Source: Octopus vulgaris
Taxonomy: Eukaryota
Direction of reading: 5' to 3'
Length of the DNA: 64,000 bases
Assembly (NCBI GenBank): GCA_951406725.2
Contig: OX597832.1
Span: 51,026,001-51,090,000, forward strand
Every line of letters starts with the position of its first letter. Position 1 is the stretch's first letter. The position numbers and the translations under genes were made by a program. Of the stretch, positions 13,060 to 25,618 are shown in pieces. The notes below the pieces were generated by a model. That model was not told the DNA's origin and ran no database searches. It saw only the letters and a list, made by a program, of their open reading frames with translations.

Positions 13060-14270
13060 CTCTTAATCATCCGTGCCCTCTTATTTGATTAAACTTTGTG
13101 TATTTCTTGAAAGTTCTTAGATTTTTGGAGTGATACACAAATAGGGGCTTTAATTTCATTTTACCAGCAGCATTTTCTCCCATAAGAAGTGTCAGGCGAT
13201 TTTTGGAAGCTTTAAATCCTGGTGTTAACTTCTCAAGAAATAAAAGTTCTAGCAGGCAGGTGTTTCCAGAAAAGTGCTGTTTCATCAACATTGTATTCTT
13301 GCTCTGGCCCCCTTTTAGCAATCATTTTCTTCAACTACTCAGGATAATTGGTAGCAGCCTCTGTATCATAGTACACAATTTCACTAGTCGTATTGTGTAA
13401 ATTCATGCACTTCTTAAACCTTTCATGCCAGCCTTTACTAACCAAACAGGATTTTTGGATCTTTTCGGTTTGAACGGCAGTTTTTAACATAATTTCTAGG
13501 TAACTAAAAAATTTTAAACTTCGTATACTGGTAGAATGTGTTTATAAAACATCTTTTTCTCTTGGCTTTATTGAGAAAATTCTATAGTTTGTAAGATATT
13601 TGTTGTTTTTTTTCTTCAATTTCTGCAATTTCAACCAATCAGTGACATCTACTGAGTTAAAAAGCATTCTGTGCTGTATGAATATGTCCCTCGTTTAAGA
13701 AACAGATTGGGTTTATTTACATTTGTGAAGAAAAAAAAGATACCCTTCCCCCACCCCCACCCCTAACCCTAACTAACCCTAACCCTGAAAGAGATTGAAA
13801 TGCAATAGATCGATTCTAGGGTCATAATTATGGGTGACAGTTTCATATGACACCGCTAGAAAAAACTGCCGTTCAAACCGAAAAGATCCGGATTTTTTAT
13901 TAGATGTTTCACCTTCCATTTTTGGCAAATTGTCATATAAACGTTTGGCTTAGATTTTGAATTACCATGTTATGCCAATTCTGATCCTCACTCCATACAC
14001 TCAAAGAGGTGTTCCATTTTGAGCATTACATTAGATCTATGGAAAAATAAGGTCAGGTCAATTAACAGAGTGGCTTCTTAAGCACTCAGCATAATTTTCT
14101 TTCTGTATTCATGTATTGGTCCCACTGTAGATGCTGCAAGATTTAATGTTTTGGCAAACTTAGTTTTATTTCTGCAGTCAGTATTTTTAAAACATCAAGT
14201 TTAATACCCTGTGTAATCCCTTTATAATTCCTTTCCACATTAGTTCCTTCAGGTCTACTTGACAGCTTCT
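13060..14270 (-). mobile_element. Degenerate pogo/Tigger-type transposase relic
   Basis: [36 protein letters not shown] (Tigger DDE_1 signature) and KGITQGIKLDVLK (CENP-B-like N-terminus); frameshifted and interrupted by a MITE. Confidence 0.85.
13457..13889. mobile_element. MITE (GGATCTTTTCGG family) nested in a pogo relic
   Basis: TIRs with perfect 8-bp TSD GGATTTTT. Confidence 0.92.
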
Positions 14271-14516
14271 TTCCAGACACCTTAAGCTGAAGGTAGATCC
14301 AACAGCAAAAATGTAGTAAAATAAAATTGGCCCAAGAAATATTTGCTTTGTGAGAACGGAAGATTTTCTTATTCCTATGCAATAATGAAAATGAGATGAA
14401 ACGGTAAAGGACCGAGAAAGAGAAAGTAATGTATGATTTCTGTTGGCTGAAGGGTCACCAGATTTTAAAGACAATTTTCCCTTGCACTTTTGGACTTAAG
14501 CCATAAACACACATGT

Positions 14517-14550
<34 letters not shown>

Positions 14551-15288
14551 TGTCAGCTTTTCATCAGCATCTGTTTGTTTTCATTCCATCTTCCTTCTTG
14601 GTCGTCGGAATCCTCAGCCCACAGACGGTCTTATTCCAGTCCCATCTTCATTCATTGATTTTCCTCTCTTCAGGAAACTCCTCTTTACCATCTCTTGGAA
14701 TATCATTCCAAGCTTTTTTTTCATTCCCCATGTCACAAGAGATACGTTCAGCTTCTAGATGTCTATCTTTTATCTTCTACTCATTTCATTTCAGTCATCA
14801 GCTTGTGGCCATGCTGGGGCACTGCATCAAAGAATTTTTAGTCAAATGAATTGGTGCCTGGACTTTTTTGTTGTTTTTTTTAAGACTGGTACTTATTCTA
14901 TCAGTTTGTTTTGCTGAACTGCTAGGTTACGTAAACTCATCAACACTGGTTGTCAAGCAGTGGTAAGGGACAATCACATACACAAAGGCACCAACTCGCA
15001 CAGATACAAAAGCACATGCACAAACACATACACAACAGGCTTCTTTCAGTTTCCATCTACCAAATCCATTCACAAGGCTCTTGTCAGCCTGAGGCCATGT
15101 AGAAGACACTTGCCCAAGGTGCTATGCAGTGGGACTGAACCTAGAACCATGTGGTTGGGAAGCAAACTTCTTACCTGAAGACATCCAGTTATTCCAGATC
15201 TGATATGTGGGCCTTTTAGCACAGCTGTCTTGGCGCCGTTTATTTGGCATCGCTGATTCGATGCTGACTTATTTGACATCAGACATTT

Positions 15289-15341
<53 letters not shown>

Positions 15342-16244
15342 GCTCCCTCTCTATCTCCCTCCTCTCTCTCCCTCCCTCTCCCCCCTTTCTCTCTCTTTGT
15401 ATGTATGTGTGTCTGTGTTTACCTCCAGCACCAAAATGTGCCGTTTGCCAAAGCAGGTTGCATTTCCAGTCAGTCATGCCAAACTGTCAGCATCCAAACA
15501 GATGCACACTGTCATCTCATTCTGCTAACACGTCATATCTTTTGATGTCTTATTGAACACCACATCTATTGTGCATTGGATAAAAAACAAATGTCTTGCA
15601 GTATTTGTTCTGGCTTTCTCTATGTTCTGAGTTCAAATCCTGCTAAGGTCAGCTTTGCCTTTCTTTCTTTCAAGGCTGATTAAGTTAAAACACCACTTCA
15701 TGGAGTAGATTGGTACAATCATTAGTGTTTCGGACATGATGCCTTGGTTCAGCTCTCTGAATTCATCGTCGTCATCGTCGTTGTCATCATCATCATCATC
15801 ATCATTATCATCATCATTACCATCATCATCATCATTATCTTCATCATTACATCATCATCATTATCATCACCATCATCATCATCTTTATCATTATCATCAT
15901 CATCATCATCATCATTATCATTAATTTCACGGCCACTTTTCCATGCTTGCATGAGTTAGATGGAATTCATTGAAGCAGATTTTCTATGACCGAATGCCCT
16001 TCCTCTCACCAGCTCTCTCACCTATTTCTAAGAAAGGTGGGTTTTTTTTTTCAAAGCTAAACACATTTCTACAAAAGATTAGAAATGAACAAGACCACTT
16101 GTATGACCATGATGCTCATTTACAACTATTGTATTGTATTGTATTGTATTGTACAACTATTGTGTTGTGCAACTAAAACACACAATGAGCTTCTTTCAGT
16201 TTCTGTCTATGAAATCCATTCACATTGCTTTGGTTGTCTTAGAG

Positions 16245-16445
16245 CAGTGCTTTTCAAACTTTTTGCTGGAGCGGAACCCTAAGGAAACATTCCACTGGCT
16301 CGAAGAACCCCTGTGCAATAATTTAATAGTCTTATGCACATTTATCTGCACAGGAGAATTAAAAATGACTGCTGATTTTAGCTGTTTTGTAACTTCTTGC
16401 GGAACCCCTGGACTGTACTGGCGGAACCCTGGTTGAAAACCACTG
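16245..16445. mobile_element. hAT (Charlie-like) MITE
   Basis: CAGTGCTTTTCAAAC...GGTTGAAAACCACTG; TSD (T/G)CTTAGAG; second copy at 50327. Confidence 0.85.
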
Positions 16446-18271
16446 GCTTAGAGCCATACAGTAGAAGACATTTGCCCAAGGTGCTAAGCAGTGGAACTAA
16501 ACCCAAAGCCATGTGATTGGAAAGTAAACTTGTTAACTATACAGCCATGCCTACACTTAAATTCTAAGTTCAATTTTCATGAAGGGACTCGAATCCCACC
16601 AATGGCCCCGGTTAATTACCCAACCATGAGATTGCAACTGATTATGAAAGCTGAAGTGGGTGGAAGAGAATCGGAGCTATCCACTACAACAGTTGTACGA
16701 TGATGATTATAATAAAAGTACCATAATTTAACAGCACAAAGCATTTTATATGATATTCTATTGCTGTATTTCCCAAATGTTGGGGGAATTCTTAGAATGT
16801 ATCCCTTGTCTCTGACATAAAAATTATTATACATCATCATCATCATTGTCTCTGACATAAAAATTATTATACATCATCATCATCATTTAACTTCTGTTGT
16901 CCATGCTGTTTGGACAGTTTGACCCAAGCTAGCAACCTGGGGTGCTGCACCAGACTCCAGTCTGCTTTGGCATGGTTTCTACAGCTGGATGCCCTTCCTA
17001 ATGCCAACCACTTTACAGAGTGTGCTGGATGCTTTTACATAGCACCATACAAGTGCTTTTATGTGACACCATATCAGCGCTTCTATGTGGTGCCACACAA
17101 TGTATCTTCTATTCATCTTTTTCCCTTCTCTTTCATGATGTTAAATTTCAGAGATTAAACAAACAATGAAACAGTCTTTTAAAGGTTTTACTACTTCTAA
17201 GATCATCAGATGCTACAGAGAGGGTTTAACCCTTTAATCTTCAGATTACTCTATCAAATGTAATGTACTTGTACTTCTACTTGTGGCAACATTCATCCTG
17301 GGCGGGTTGAGTCAGCTTCTTCCACCACCCTCGAAGCATCTCGAACCATGGCAGTGGAAGAAGTTTCGTGGGAATATGAATTTCACGAGCAGTCCTCAAC
17401 AATCCCACATATAGAGACATCCTGTTTGCCGCAGATTGTCCGCAGACGCAGGGACAGAACGACCGAAGAGCCACCGGTTGCCGAAACAGACACTCCAAGG
17501 ATTTTCACCAGAGCCCCGTCTTCCGGGTTGTGGCCCTAATACCACTCGGTATCAGACCAATCCGCCTTGGGTGGCCCTACCAGGAACCGAAGTTCCCAAC
17601 GGCATAGCTCTGACATTACCCGTTGCCAGCGTCCCCACCACGATGAGGAGGGGATGGACTTTGGGGACGCAATGTAATACTTCTTTATTCATATTGTTTT
17701 GAATTAACCAGTGGAGACCTCCAGCATTTTTTATCCTTGGACTACATCTCTGCTCACTGCTATCAGAGCAGAGATGGCTAACTGTAAATGCCAGTCCCAT
17801 GAATCAGAGTGGCTGTTCCAGCATGTCTACATTGCTATCCTCTGGGACAGTGACTTTTCCATTTTATCTGCAGGGACCATGACGTGGAATGCCTAGTCAT
17901 TTTAGTTTTAGTTGTTGTACTTCACTGGTACATACACCATTCTTAATTGTAAAATCAAGATGGCTTAACTTTTTTTAAAAAATTGCCTATCTTCTATTCA
18001 GTCAAATTGATGAAATAAGCGGTACTAAAGACTTAGAATAAACATGACAGTATTGTGACAAGGCTGGGCCTTTGAATTACAAGTACACTCCATCCAGTAG
18101 GCTTCTATACAGTATACAGTCACCGTCTACCCAAATGCACTCACAAAGGTTTTGATCAACCCGGTGCTATGACAGATCCATGTGCTCAAGATTCCACGCA
18201 ATGGAAGTGAAACTTGAACCTCATAGTTTCAAGGCAAACTTCTTGATCGCTCATCCATGCTTGCTTGCAGT

Positions 18272-18323
<52 letters not shown>

Positions 18324-19941
18324 TCACATTCACACACACACACACATGCTGACATATCTTGGTAGCAATTACTTTTCTTCAGCACGCAGAAGAATTAAGA
18401 TAGCTGGCTTTATGTCTGATGAACAAGTTTATCGTTAAGCCTACCTAAAACTGAAACCCTTCTCAAGTCTTTGTGGCAAATCATAGATGAAAATTACAAT
18501 AACCACATCATATTACAAGTGTCTTGCATTCATTACTAGAGTCTATTCAGAAATTGTGGTGCACCTGAGCACTGTATACAATAATTTCATTATTATTATT
18601 ATTATTATTATTATCATAACAAAAGTAATTAGCTGCTGTTTGTTAGCTGAAAGCTGTAATTGTCTTTGTGAGCGTGTGATTGTGGATGTGTGTGCATGTC
18701 ATAATGTCATAATGTTTTTAGATAAGCTAATATGATGAGATATCTGAAGCCTAATGAATTAAATGAATATATTGCTGATAGCAACTTGTCTAAACACATG
18801 CTATATACATACAAAGGCCTTGTAGATATAAATAAGTACCATGAAGAAATGGGGAAGTAACAATTCACTGCTGTATGAGCTACACATAGAATTCATTTCA
18901 TGCACTGTGTTATAAGTGGCTCAGTCCATTTAGCTGTTAGTAGGCACCACGTGGAGATCACTTGTCTAGTGATTGAGACCTTTGAAATCAATGTCAGTGT
19001 CACATGACTGGCACCCATGCCAGTGGCACATAAAAAGGGCCCCTTCAAATATTGGGCCCCACAGAGGAAGTGACATGTTACTGAGTGAGACCTTTGGCAA
19101 TATACTGTGCTTGAAGACCTTTCAAGCTAAGTGAGACCAATGCTAGTGTTTCATAACTGGCACCTGTGCCAGTGGGATGTAAAAAGCACCCACTACACTC
19201 TTGGAGAGGTTGGCATTAGGAAGGGCATCTGGCCATAGAAACCATGCCAATTCAGACTGGAACCTGGTGCAGTTCCCCAGCTTATCAGTTTTCAGTTGAA
19301 CCATCCAACCCATGCCAGAATGGAAAATGTATGTTAAATGATGAATGATGATGATGGAGATACAGTTCACTGCTGAGCTGTCTTCATAAAGTGGCTCAGT
19401 CAATTTAGCTATAAATGTGCAGGGCCAGCTGAATGTACTGAAGGCAGCTTGGACCATCGCCCTGGATGCCACCTACTGGAGAACAGAGAACACCATGTCA
19501 TGTTTGAGATCTTCCAAATACAAAGACAGATTAGATTCTTCATCAGTTTTATTATTAGAACATGACAGATGGAGAAACTGTTTTAGTTGAGTTATTGTGT
19601 GTTTTTCAGAGTGTTCATTTCATTGACATTCTTTAATTTATTTGGAGAAAATTCCTTACATCTATGGTATCCTTTGGACTTTCTCTCATCAACCATCCAT
19701 ACCATTCTCCTCTCAGTGTTCGTAACACATATTTATCTAGATCATTGCCAATAATGTAGTAATGGTGATAGAATTTCTTTCTCTGTCTTTATACAATGTA
19801 TTAATACTCCATATATGTGTGTGTGTGTGTATATATATATAAGAAATGAGGTAGTCAGAAATTCGGATGGTTTTATATTTACAGATATTTATTTGTATAT
19901 TACATGTTTTTATACATCATATAACTTATATCATATATCAT

Positions 19942-19983
19942 ATATTAGCGCTTTCATCCATTCTGGTGGATTTTTCAAATTGA
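19942..19983 (-). ncRNA. Hammerhead-like motif, U3-A8 core variant
   Basis: Minus strand AT-TTGAAAA-ATCCA-ccagaa-TGGAT-GAAA-GCGC-TA-AT. Confidence 0.5.
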
Positions 19984-20104
19984 ACTAATTTCCTGTGGAA
20001 AGATTTTGACCATTTTATAGTGTTATTGAGTGTGTAGTGGTGGGGAGGGATATAAGATAGTACAAGAGGGTGAAGAATGGGGAGAAAGTGAGAGAGAGAG
20101 AGAG

Positions 20105-20142
<38 letters not shown>

Positions 20143-21589
20143 TTTGTATCTGAAAGTAGTGTTAGAGAAAAAGAACGGAAGGAAGAAAAGGGAGAGAGGG
20201 AAGAAGAAAAAATTGTTTTGCTGGTTTCTTTTGTGAGTGTGTCCATGTATTAATGGGTTCTTTCATTGTGTTTTTGTTTCCAACAGCTTCTTAGGTGGCA
20301 GTGTCATTTCAAATCCTCCCCTGGGCTGGCAGAAAGCAATGGGAAACAGAATCGTCCCTATAAAACTCACCTCATGAGACACAAAAAAAAAGTAACACAC
20401 TCTACTTTCAGAAGTATTGAGTGCTTCGTTTCATATTTGATAAGTCTTGTTCTAATGAAAAAACACACGGGTACACATAAATGCGAGAATGAAATTTGCT
20501 TAGGGGATACAAACCCTGTTTTCAGGAGGATGTTCAAAGTGTTTTCACTTCCCACAAAAAACCTTTGGGAGTGAATCACTTGCACTCCCTATGCCCCTGT
20601 TCTCAAGCTTATGCAGGAGTATACACACATATGATGACATTTGCATTGAAAAAGGTCTGGGCACTCAAAGTGAATGGACCCTGTGGAAGAGAGGAAACTG
20701 AGAAAGACCTCACTCCTATGAGTGTAGCTGGGGTGTGTACCACCCAGGATAACACAGGACCATATTGATTGGTGATATATTTAGTAATGCATGTTGTGCT
20801 GCAGAAGACCTGATCAGGTCTTGCATAACGAGGGATTACTTTGAACCTGTTGGTTTCTGGAACACCCGTTCTTTTTTTTTTTTGTTTTTTTTTCACATAC
20901 TCTTTACTCTTTTACTCTTTTACTTGTTTCAGTCATTTGACTGCGGCCATGCTGGAGCACCGTCTTTAGTCGAGCAAATCGACCCCGGGACTTATTCTTT
21001 TGTAAGCCCAGTACTTATTCTATCGGTCTCTTTTGCCGAACCGCTAAGTGACGGGGACGTAAACATACCAGCATCAGTTGTCAAGCAATGCTAGGGGGAC
21101 AAACACAGACACACAAACACACACACATACATACATATTTATATATACATATATACGACAGGCTTCTTTCAGTTTCCGTCTACCAAATCCACTCACAAGG
21201 CATTGGTCGGCCCGGGGCTATAGCAGAAGACACTTGCCCAAGATGCCACGCAGTGGGACTGAACCCGGAACCATGTGGTTGGTTAGCAAGCTACTTGCCA
21301 CACAGCCACTCCTGCGCCTGTACATGTGTACTGCCAACCAATACTCCTCTTTTCTCAGATTACTCATGTATTGCCGTCTATCACTCTGTTTACCACTTAG
21401 TATTTCCTATCACTAATGCTGTCATTGACAACCATCTCCCCCCACACACACTCTCTCTTTCTCTCTCTCTCTCTCACTCACATACACACAACAACAACAA
21501 CCACACCACCCCTCGTTCATCTCTGTCTCACTCTCTCTGTCCCTCTCACTCCCTCTCTTCATTTCTCTGTCTTTCTCCGTCTCCCCAGC

Positions 21590-21900
21590 ATTCTGTATAC
21601 CTCTGTTGATTCTCACTTCTCTCTTTTTCCCTCCTTCTCACTCTGTCTGTCTCTTTCTCTCACTTCTCTCTTTCTCCCTCCTTCTCACTCTGTCTGTCTC
21701 TCTCACTTCTCTCTTTCTCCCTCCTTCTCACTCTGTCTCTCTCTCACTTCTCTCTTTTCCCCTCCTTCTCACTCTGTCTGTCTCTCTCTCTTCTCTCTTT
21801 CTCCCTCCTTCTCACTCTGTCTGTCTCTCTCACTTCTCTCTTTCTCCCTCCTCACTCTGTCTGTCTCTCTCCTCTCTCTCTCCCTTTCTCTCTCCACCCT
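21590..21900. repeat. CT-rich ~40-nt minisatellite
   Basis: Repeated ctcacttctctctttctccctccttctcactctgtctgtctct. Confidence 0.9.
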
Positions 21901-22159
21901 CCTCTCAGCAGTGTCCCTGATTAATGAATAATTACATTAGAACTGTAATAATATCTAGTATGCACACAGCTCCACCTCCACTGCTTTCTCTCCTACAAGC
22001 AAATATACCCAAAGTGGTGCTGAAAACTTCCTGGCTTTAAGAGTATCACAAAAGGCCTGGTTGAAGGCCCAAACTTCCAAGTTCTTTAACAGAGCTTAGA
22101 AAAATTGGAAGACCACTGCAATGAGTGTATGAGAGGGGAAGACCGTGAGCTCCAAAATC

Positions 22160-22455
22160 GTTTTTTATTCTCTCTCTGTTTATTTCCTCATGTTCCTCTC
22201 TGTTGAAAAGTGTAGGCTTGAAGCGTAAAAGACTTTCTCACCTTCCCAAACATTAAACTAATACACCTGTTTAATAGATCGTTAGCTCGTACACACATTT
22301 TTTTTCTCTCCTTGTTTTTTTCTGTGTCCCTTTCTGTCAAAGAGCGTAGGCTCGAAACGTAAAAGACTTTTTCTATTCCTGAGCGCTATACTAATACATT
22401 TGTTTGTTTGTACTCCACCTGCCTTCATCTTTTGTTTATTTTCGTAAACCTTCTC
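22160..22455 (+). mobile_element. Penelope-like short repeat with two tandem hammerhead-like motifs (22195-22232, 22328-22366); homologous copy at ~55085-55250 (-)
   Basis: CTTT-CTGTCAA-A-GAGC-gtag-GCTC-GAAA-CG-TA-AAAG plus a degenerate upstream copy; the 55183-55220 copy reads TCTTT-CCGTCGA-A-GAGC-gtag-GCTC-GAAA-CG-TA-AAAGA. Confidence 0.55.
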
Positions 22456-22495
22456 ATTATATATATATATATGACTTAACTATCCTCTCACACCA

Positions 22496-22546
22496 TCTCT
22501 GATGAAGGGATATAATTAATAAATATCCTAGAAACAGCTGTAAGAC
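22496..22546 (+). ncRNA. Minimal type I hammerhead ribozyme motif (Penelope-like)
   Basis: TCT-CTGATGA-A-GGGATAT-aattaataa-ATATCCT-A-GAAAC-AGCT-GTA-AGA: intact core, stem II, palindromic stem III (ACAGCTGT), GUA triplet. Confidence 0.65.
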
Positions 22547-22664
22547 CTTCTATCTATAAATGCTCTAATATCTGCACAGCCTTGGTTTTTTATCTTATTA
22601 CGCAAACAATTCTTATATATATATATATTTATATATGTGTATGTATATACATATACATACATTC

Positions 22665-23135
22665 GGTGAATATGGTGGGTGGAGCATTCTTTCCCATTCA
22701 AACTGCTCCAGCCTTTGGAATATCATCCTCACTGCATGTGGCCAAGTATTATCCTGATGGAAAAACACCTTTTATCTTGAAAAATGGTCATTTTTCTTCT
22801 ATCGCTGATTTAAGCTGCTTGAGCTGCTCGCAGTAGATCTCCTTTATCATTTGGTTTGGGTCTGAAAGTTCAAATTGGACTAAAACTTTCATATCCCACC
22901 AAAACGATAACACCTTACATGGGTGAAGACCTTCTTTAGCCTGGGGTGCCGGTGTTTCTCCTTTCACTACCCACGGTCTTCGGTGCTTGACATTTTTATA
23001 GAAAACCCATATCGGTCCAAAATTGGTTCATTCATGAAACGTGACAGCAAAGAAGAGCATGCATTATTAACTCTCTACACGCGATTAGACTCGGAAAGTT
23101 TGTGAGGAACCCACTGACCCAATTTGCTGACTTTG
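22665..23135 (-). mobile_element. Degenerate mariner transposase fragment
   Basis: KVSKLGQWVPHKLSE (WVPHEL motif), KVLSFWWDMKSLVQFEL and KEIYCEQLKQLK; a probable terminal piece lies at ~22010-22140. Confidence 0.85.
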
Positions 23136-23141
23136 GTAGTT

Positions 23142-23180
<39 letters not shown>

Positions 23181-24247
23181 AAAGCACATGGCTCAGTGGT
23201 TAGAACTTTGATCTTACGACCATAAGGTTGTGGTTTCAATTCCTGGACTAGGTGATGCATTGTGTTCTTGAGCAAGACACTTTGCTTCAGTTCACTCAGC
23301 TGTAGAAATGAGTTGCGACGTCACTGGTGCCAAGCTGTATCAGCCTTTGCCTTTCCATTGGATAACATTGTTGGTGTGGAGAGGGGAGGCTGATATGCAT
23401 GGGCAACTGCTGGTCTTCCATAAACAACCTTGCCTGGACTTGTGACTCGGAGGGTAACTTTCTAGGTGCAAGCCCATGGTCATTCGTGACCGAAGGGGTC
23501 TCCAAGTAGTAGTAGTAGTAGTAGTAGTGGTAAGGTGGTGAGCTGGCAGAAATGTTAGCACGCTGGGCAAAATACTTAGTGAGATTTCATCTGTCTTCAT
23601 GTTCTAAATTCAAATTCTGCCAAGGTCGACTTTGCTTTTCATCCTTACAGGGACAATAAAATATGTACCAACTGAGTACTATAGTCAATGTAATCAACTG
23701 TTTCCTTCCTCCAAGTTCCAGTAGAAAGGATTAAGGTGGGGTTATTTGATTATCCCTAAATGCCCTCCTGTATCACCAGAACCCCACCACTATAATTTTT
23801 TTGTTTTTTTTCTTCCTAGTGCCATATTCTATGTACACTTCCCTTCTTTTAATATATACCATGTACACTTTTTTTTTTGTTTTTATCATTCTATTATATG
23901 TAAACCCCACACACACACACTTTATGTCTCCCACATCCTTCGCCCTGGTGCTAAATAAAAGAAATCATTATTGTTACTCTCTATACTCTTTTACTTGTTT
24001 CTGTCATTTGACTGTGACCATGCTGGAGCACTGCCTTTAGTCGAGCAAATCAACTCCAGGGCTTATTATTTGCAAGCCTAGTACTTATTCTATCAGTCTC
24101 TTTGCTGAACTGCTATGTTACGGGGGACGTAAACACACCAGCATCGGTTGTCAAGCGATATTGGGTGGGACAAACACAGACACACAACCATATACACGCA
24201 CTCATACATACACACACACACACAGACACACACATACATACATACAT

Positions 24248-24326
<79 letters not shown>

Positions 24327-24554
24327 CATATATACGACAGGCTTCTTTCAGTTTCCGTCTACCAAATCCACTCACAAGGCTTTGGTCAGCCTGAGGCTAT
24401 AGCAGAAGACACTTGCCTAAGGAGCCATGCAGTGAGAATTAACCCGGAACCATGTGTTTGGTAAGCAAGCTACTTACCACACAGCCACTCCTGGACCTAA
24501 AAAAAACAAAAAAATTATATTATTATTATCATTATTATTATTATTATTATTATT

Positions 24555-25200
24555 TATGGTTTCCTTTTATTTTAACTTTATTTCGGTTGCCTTCGTACCG
24601 GGCATCCTCCGAAGGCCAAGAGTAGCAAAGGCACTTTTGTTTTGCTAAGCATGCTAAAATTATCACCACATTTATTTCATTTTAAATGGAGAGTGCTTTC
24701 TGTAGTATATGGGTTGTACCCAATCAAGGTTATCCTCTGTAGTTCACTGAGATACTTCTCAGCCCCTTTTTTCATCATTCCCAATGCACCAATTACTACT
24801 GGTATTATCCTAGTACTAAGCTTCCACATTCTTATGATTTCAATTTGCAGATGTTTATAATGAGAAAGCCTTCTGTATTCCTTTCTTGGGACATTTTGAT
24901 CTTGTGGGACAGACATATCTATTAACAGACAAGTTCCTCTGTTGTAGTCCTTGATTACAATGTCTGGTCAATTTTTCTGTCTGTTTTTATTGGGAAGTTC
25001 CAAAAGATAGTGACGCCCATGCCATTTACTACATCCTCTGGATGGTGCCTGTACCATTTATCATGGGATTTAATTTTGTAGCATTTACATGCATTCCAGT
25101 GGATGTACTGCCGTAGTCTGTCATGTCTTATGAGGTACTCCTTTTCAGCATGGACTGGGCGACCAGAAACAAAATGATCAAGTGTCACTGTGAATTTTCC
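24555..25200 (-). mobile_element. R4/Dong-clade LINE 3' fragment (restriction-like endonuclease); shorter copy at 25350-25590
   Basis: LDHFVSG...EYLIRHD...IHW...TIFWNFPIKTDRKI..PDIVI...LIDMSVPQD...IPVVIGALG; bounded by (TAA)n/(ATT)n tracts. Confidence 0.85.
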
Positions 25201-25584
25201 ATTATTATTATTATTATTATTATGTTTTTTCCTTCTTTCTTCAAATTTTCTTCCGTTTCTCGACGAGTGTTTTCCATACACATAGGGCAGAGAAGGGCAT
25301 TGTATGCATTCCCAGATTATACATGCAAATTCACAGATAGAATATGTATTTAAAAATTAATAAATAAATAAATTCATGAATGGATGTTGTTTTTACAGCG
25401 ATAATGCTCTTCTCAGTACATGAGTCGTTCCAGTTAACATGATTTTTTGCACTTCCTGTAGGGATGGTAAGCCTGGAATCATTTTCAAATAGGTTTCAGT
25501 ACCTTTTTTTATCATTCCTAGAGATCCTAAAGTCACTGGTACTGTAGTCGCCTTGAGATGCCACATTTTTTCAATTTCTATCAG

Positions 25585-25618
<34 letters not shown>

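Noticed and set aside
15171-15290. Apparent minus-strand exon ending CAG|GTAAG
   Set aside because: The GTAAG belongs to a SINE head, and there is no recognisable peptide or partner exon.
17152-17223. Alternative candidate PACRG upstream exon (MKQSFKGFTTSK...)
   Set aside because: Only a GFT tripeptide resemblance and no convincing phase-0 donor.
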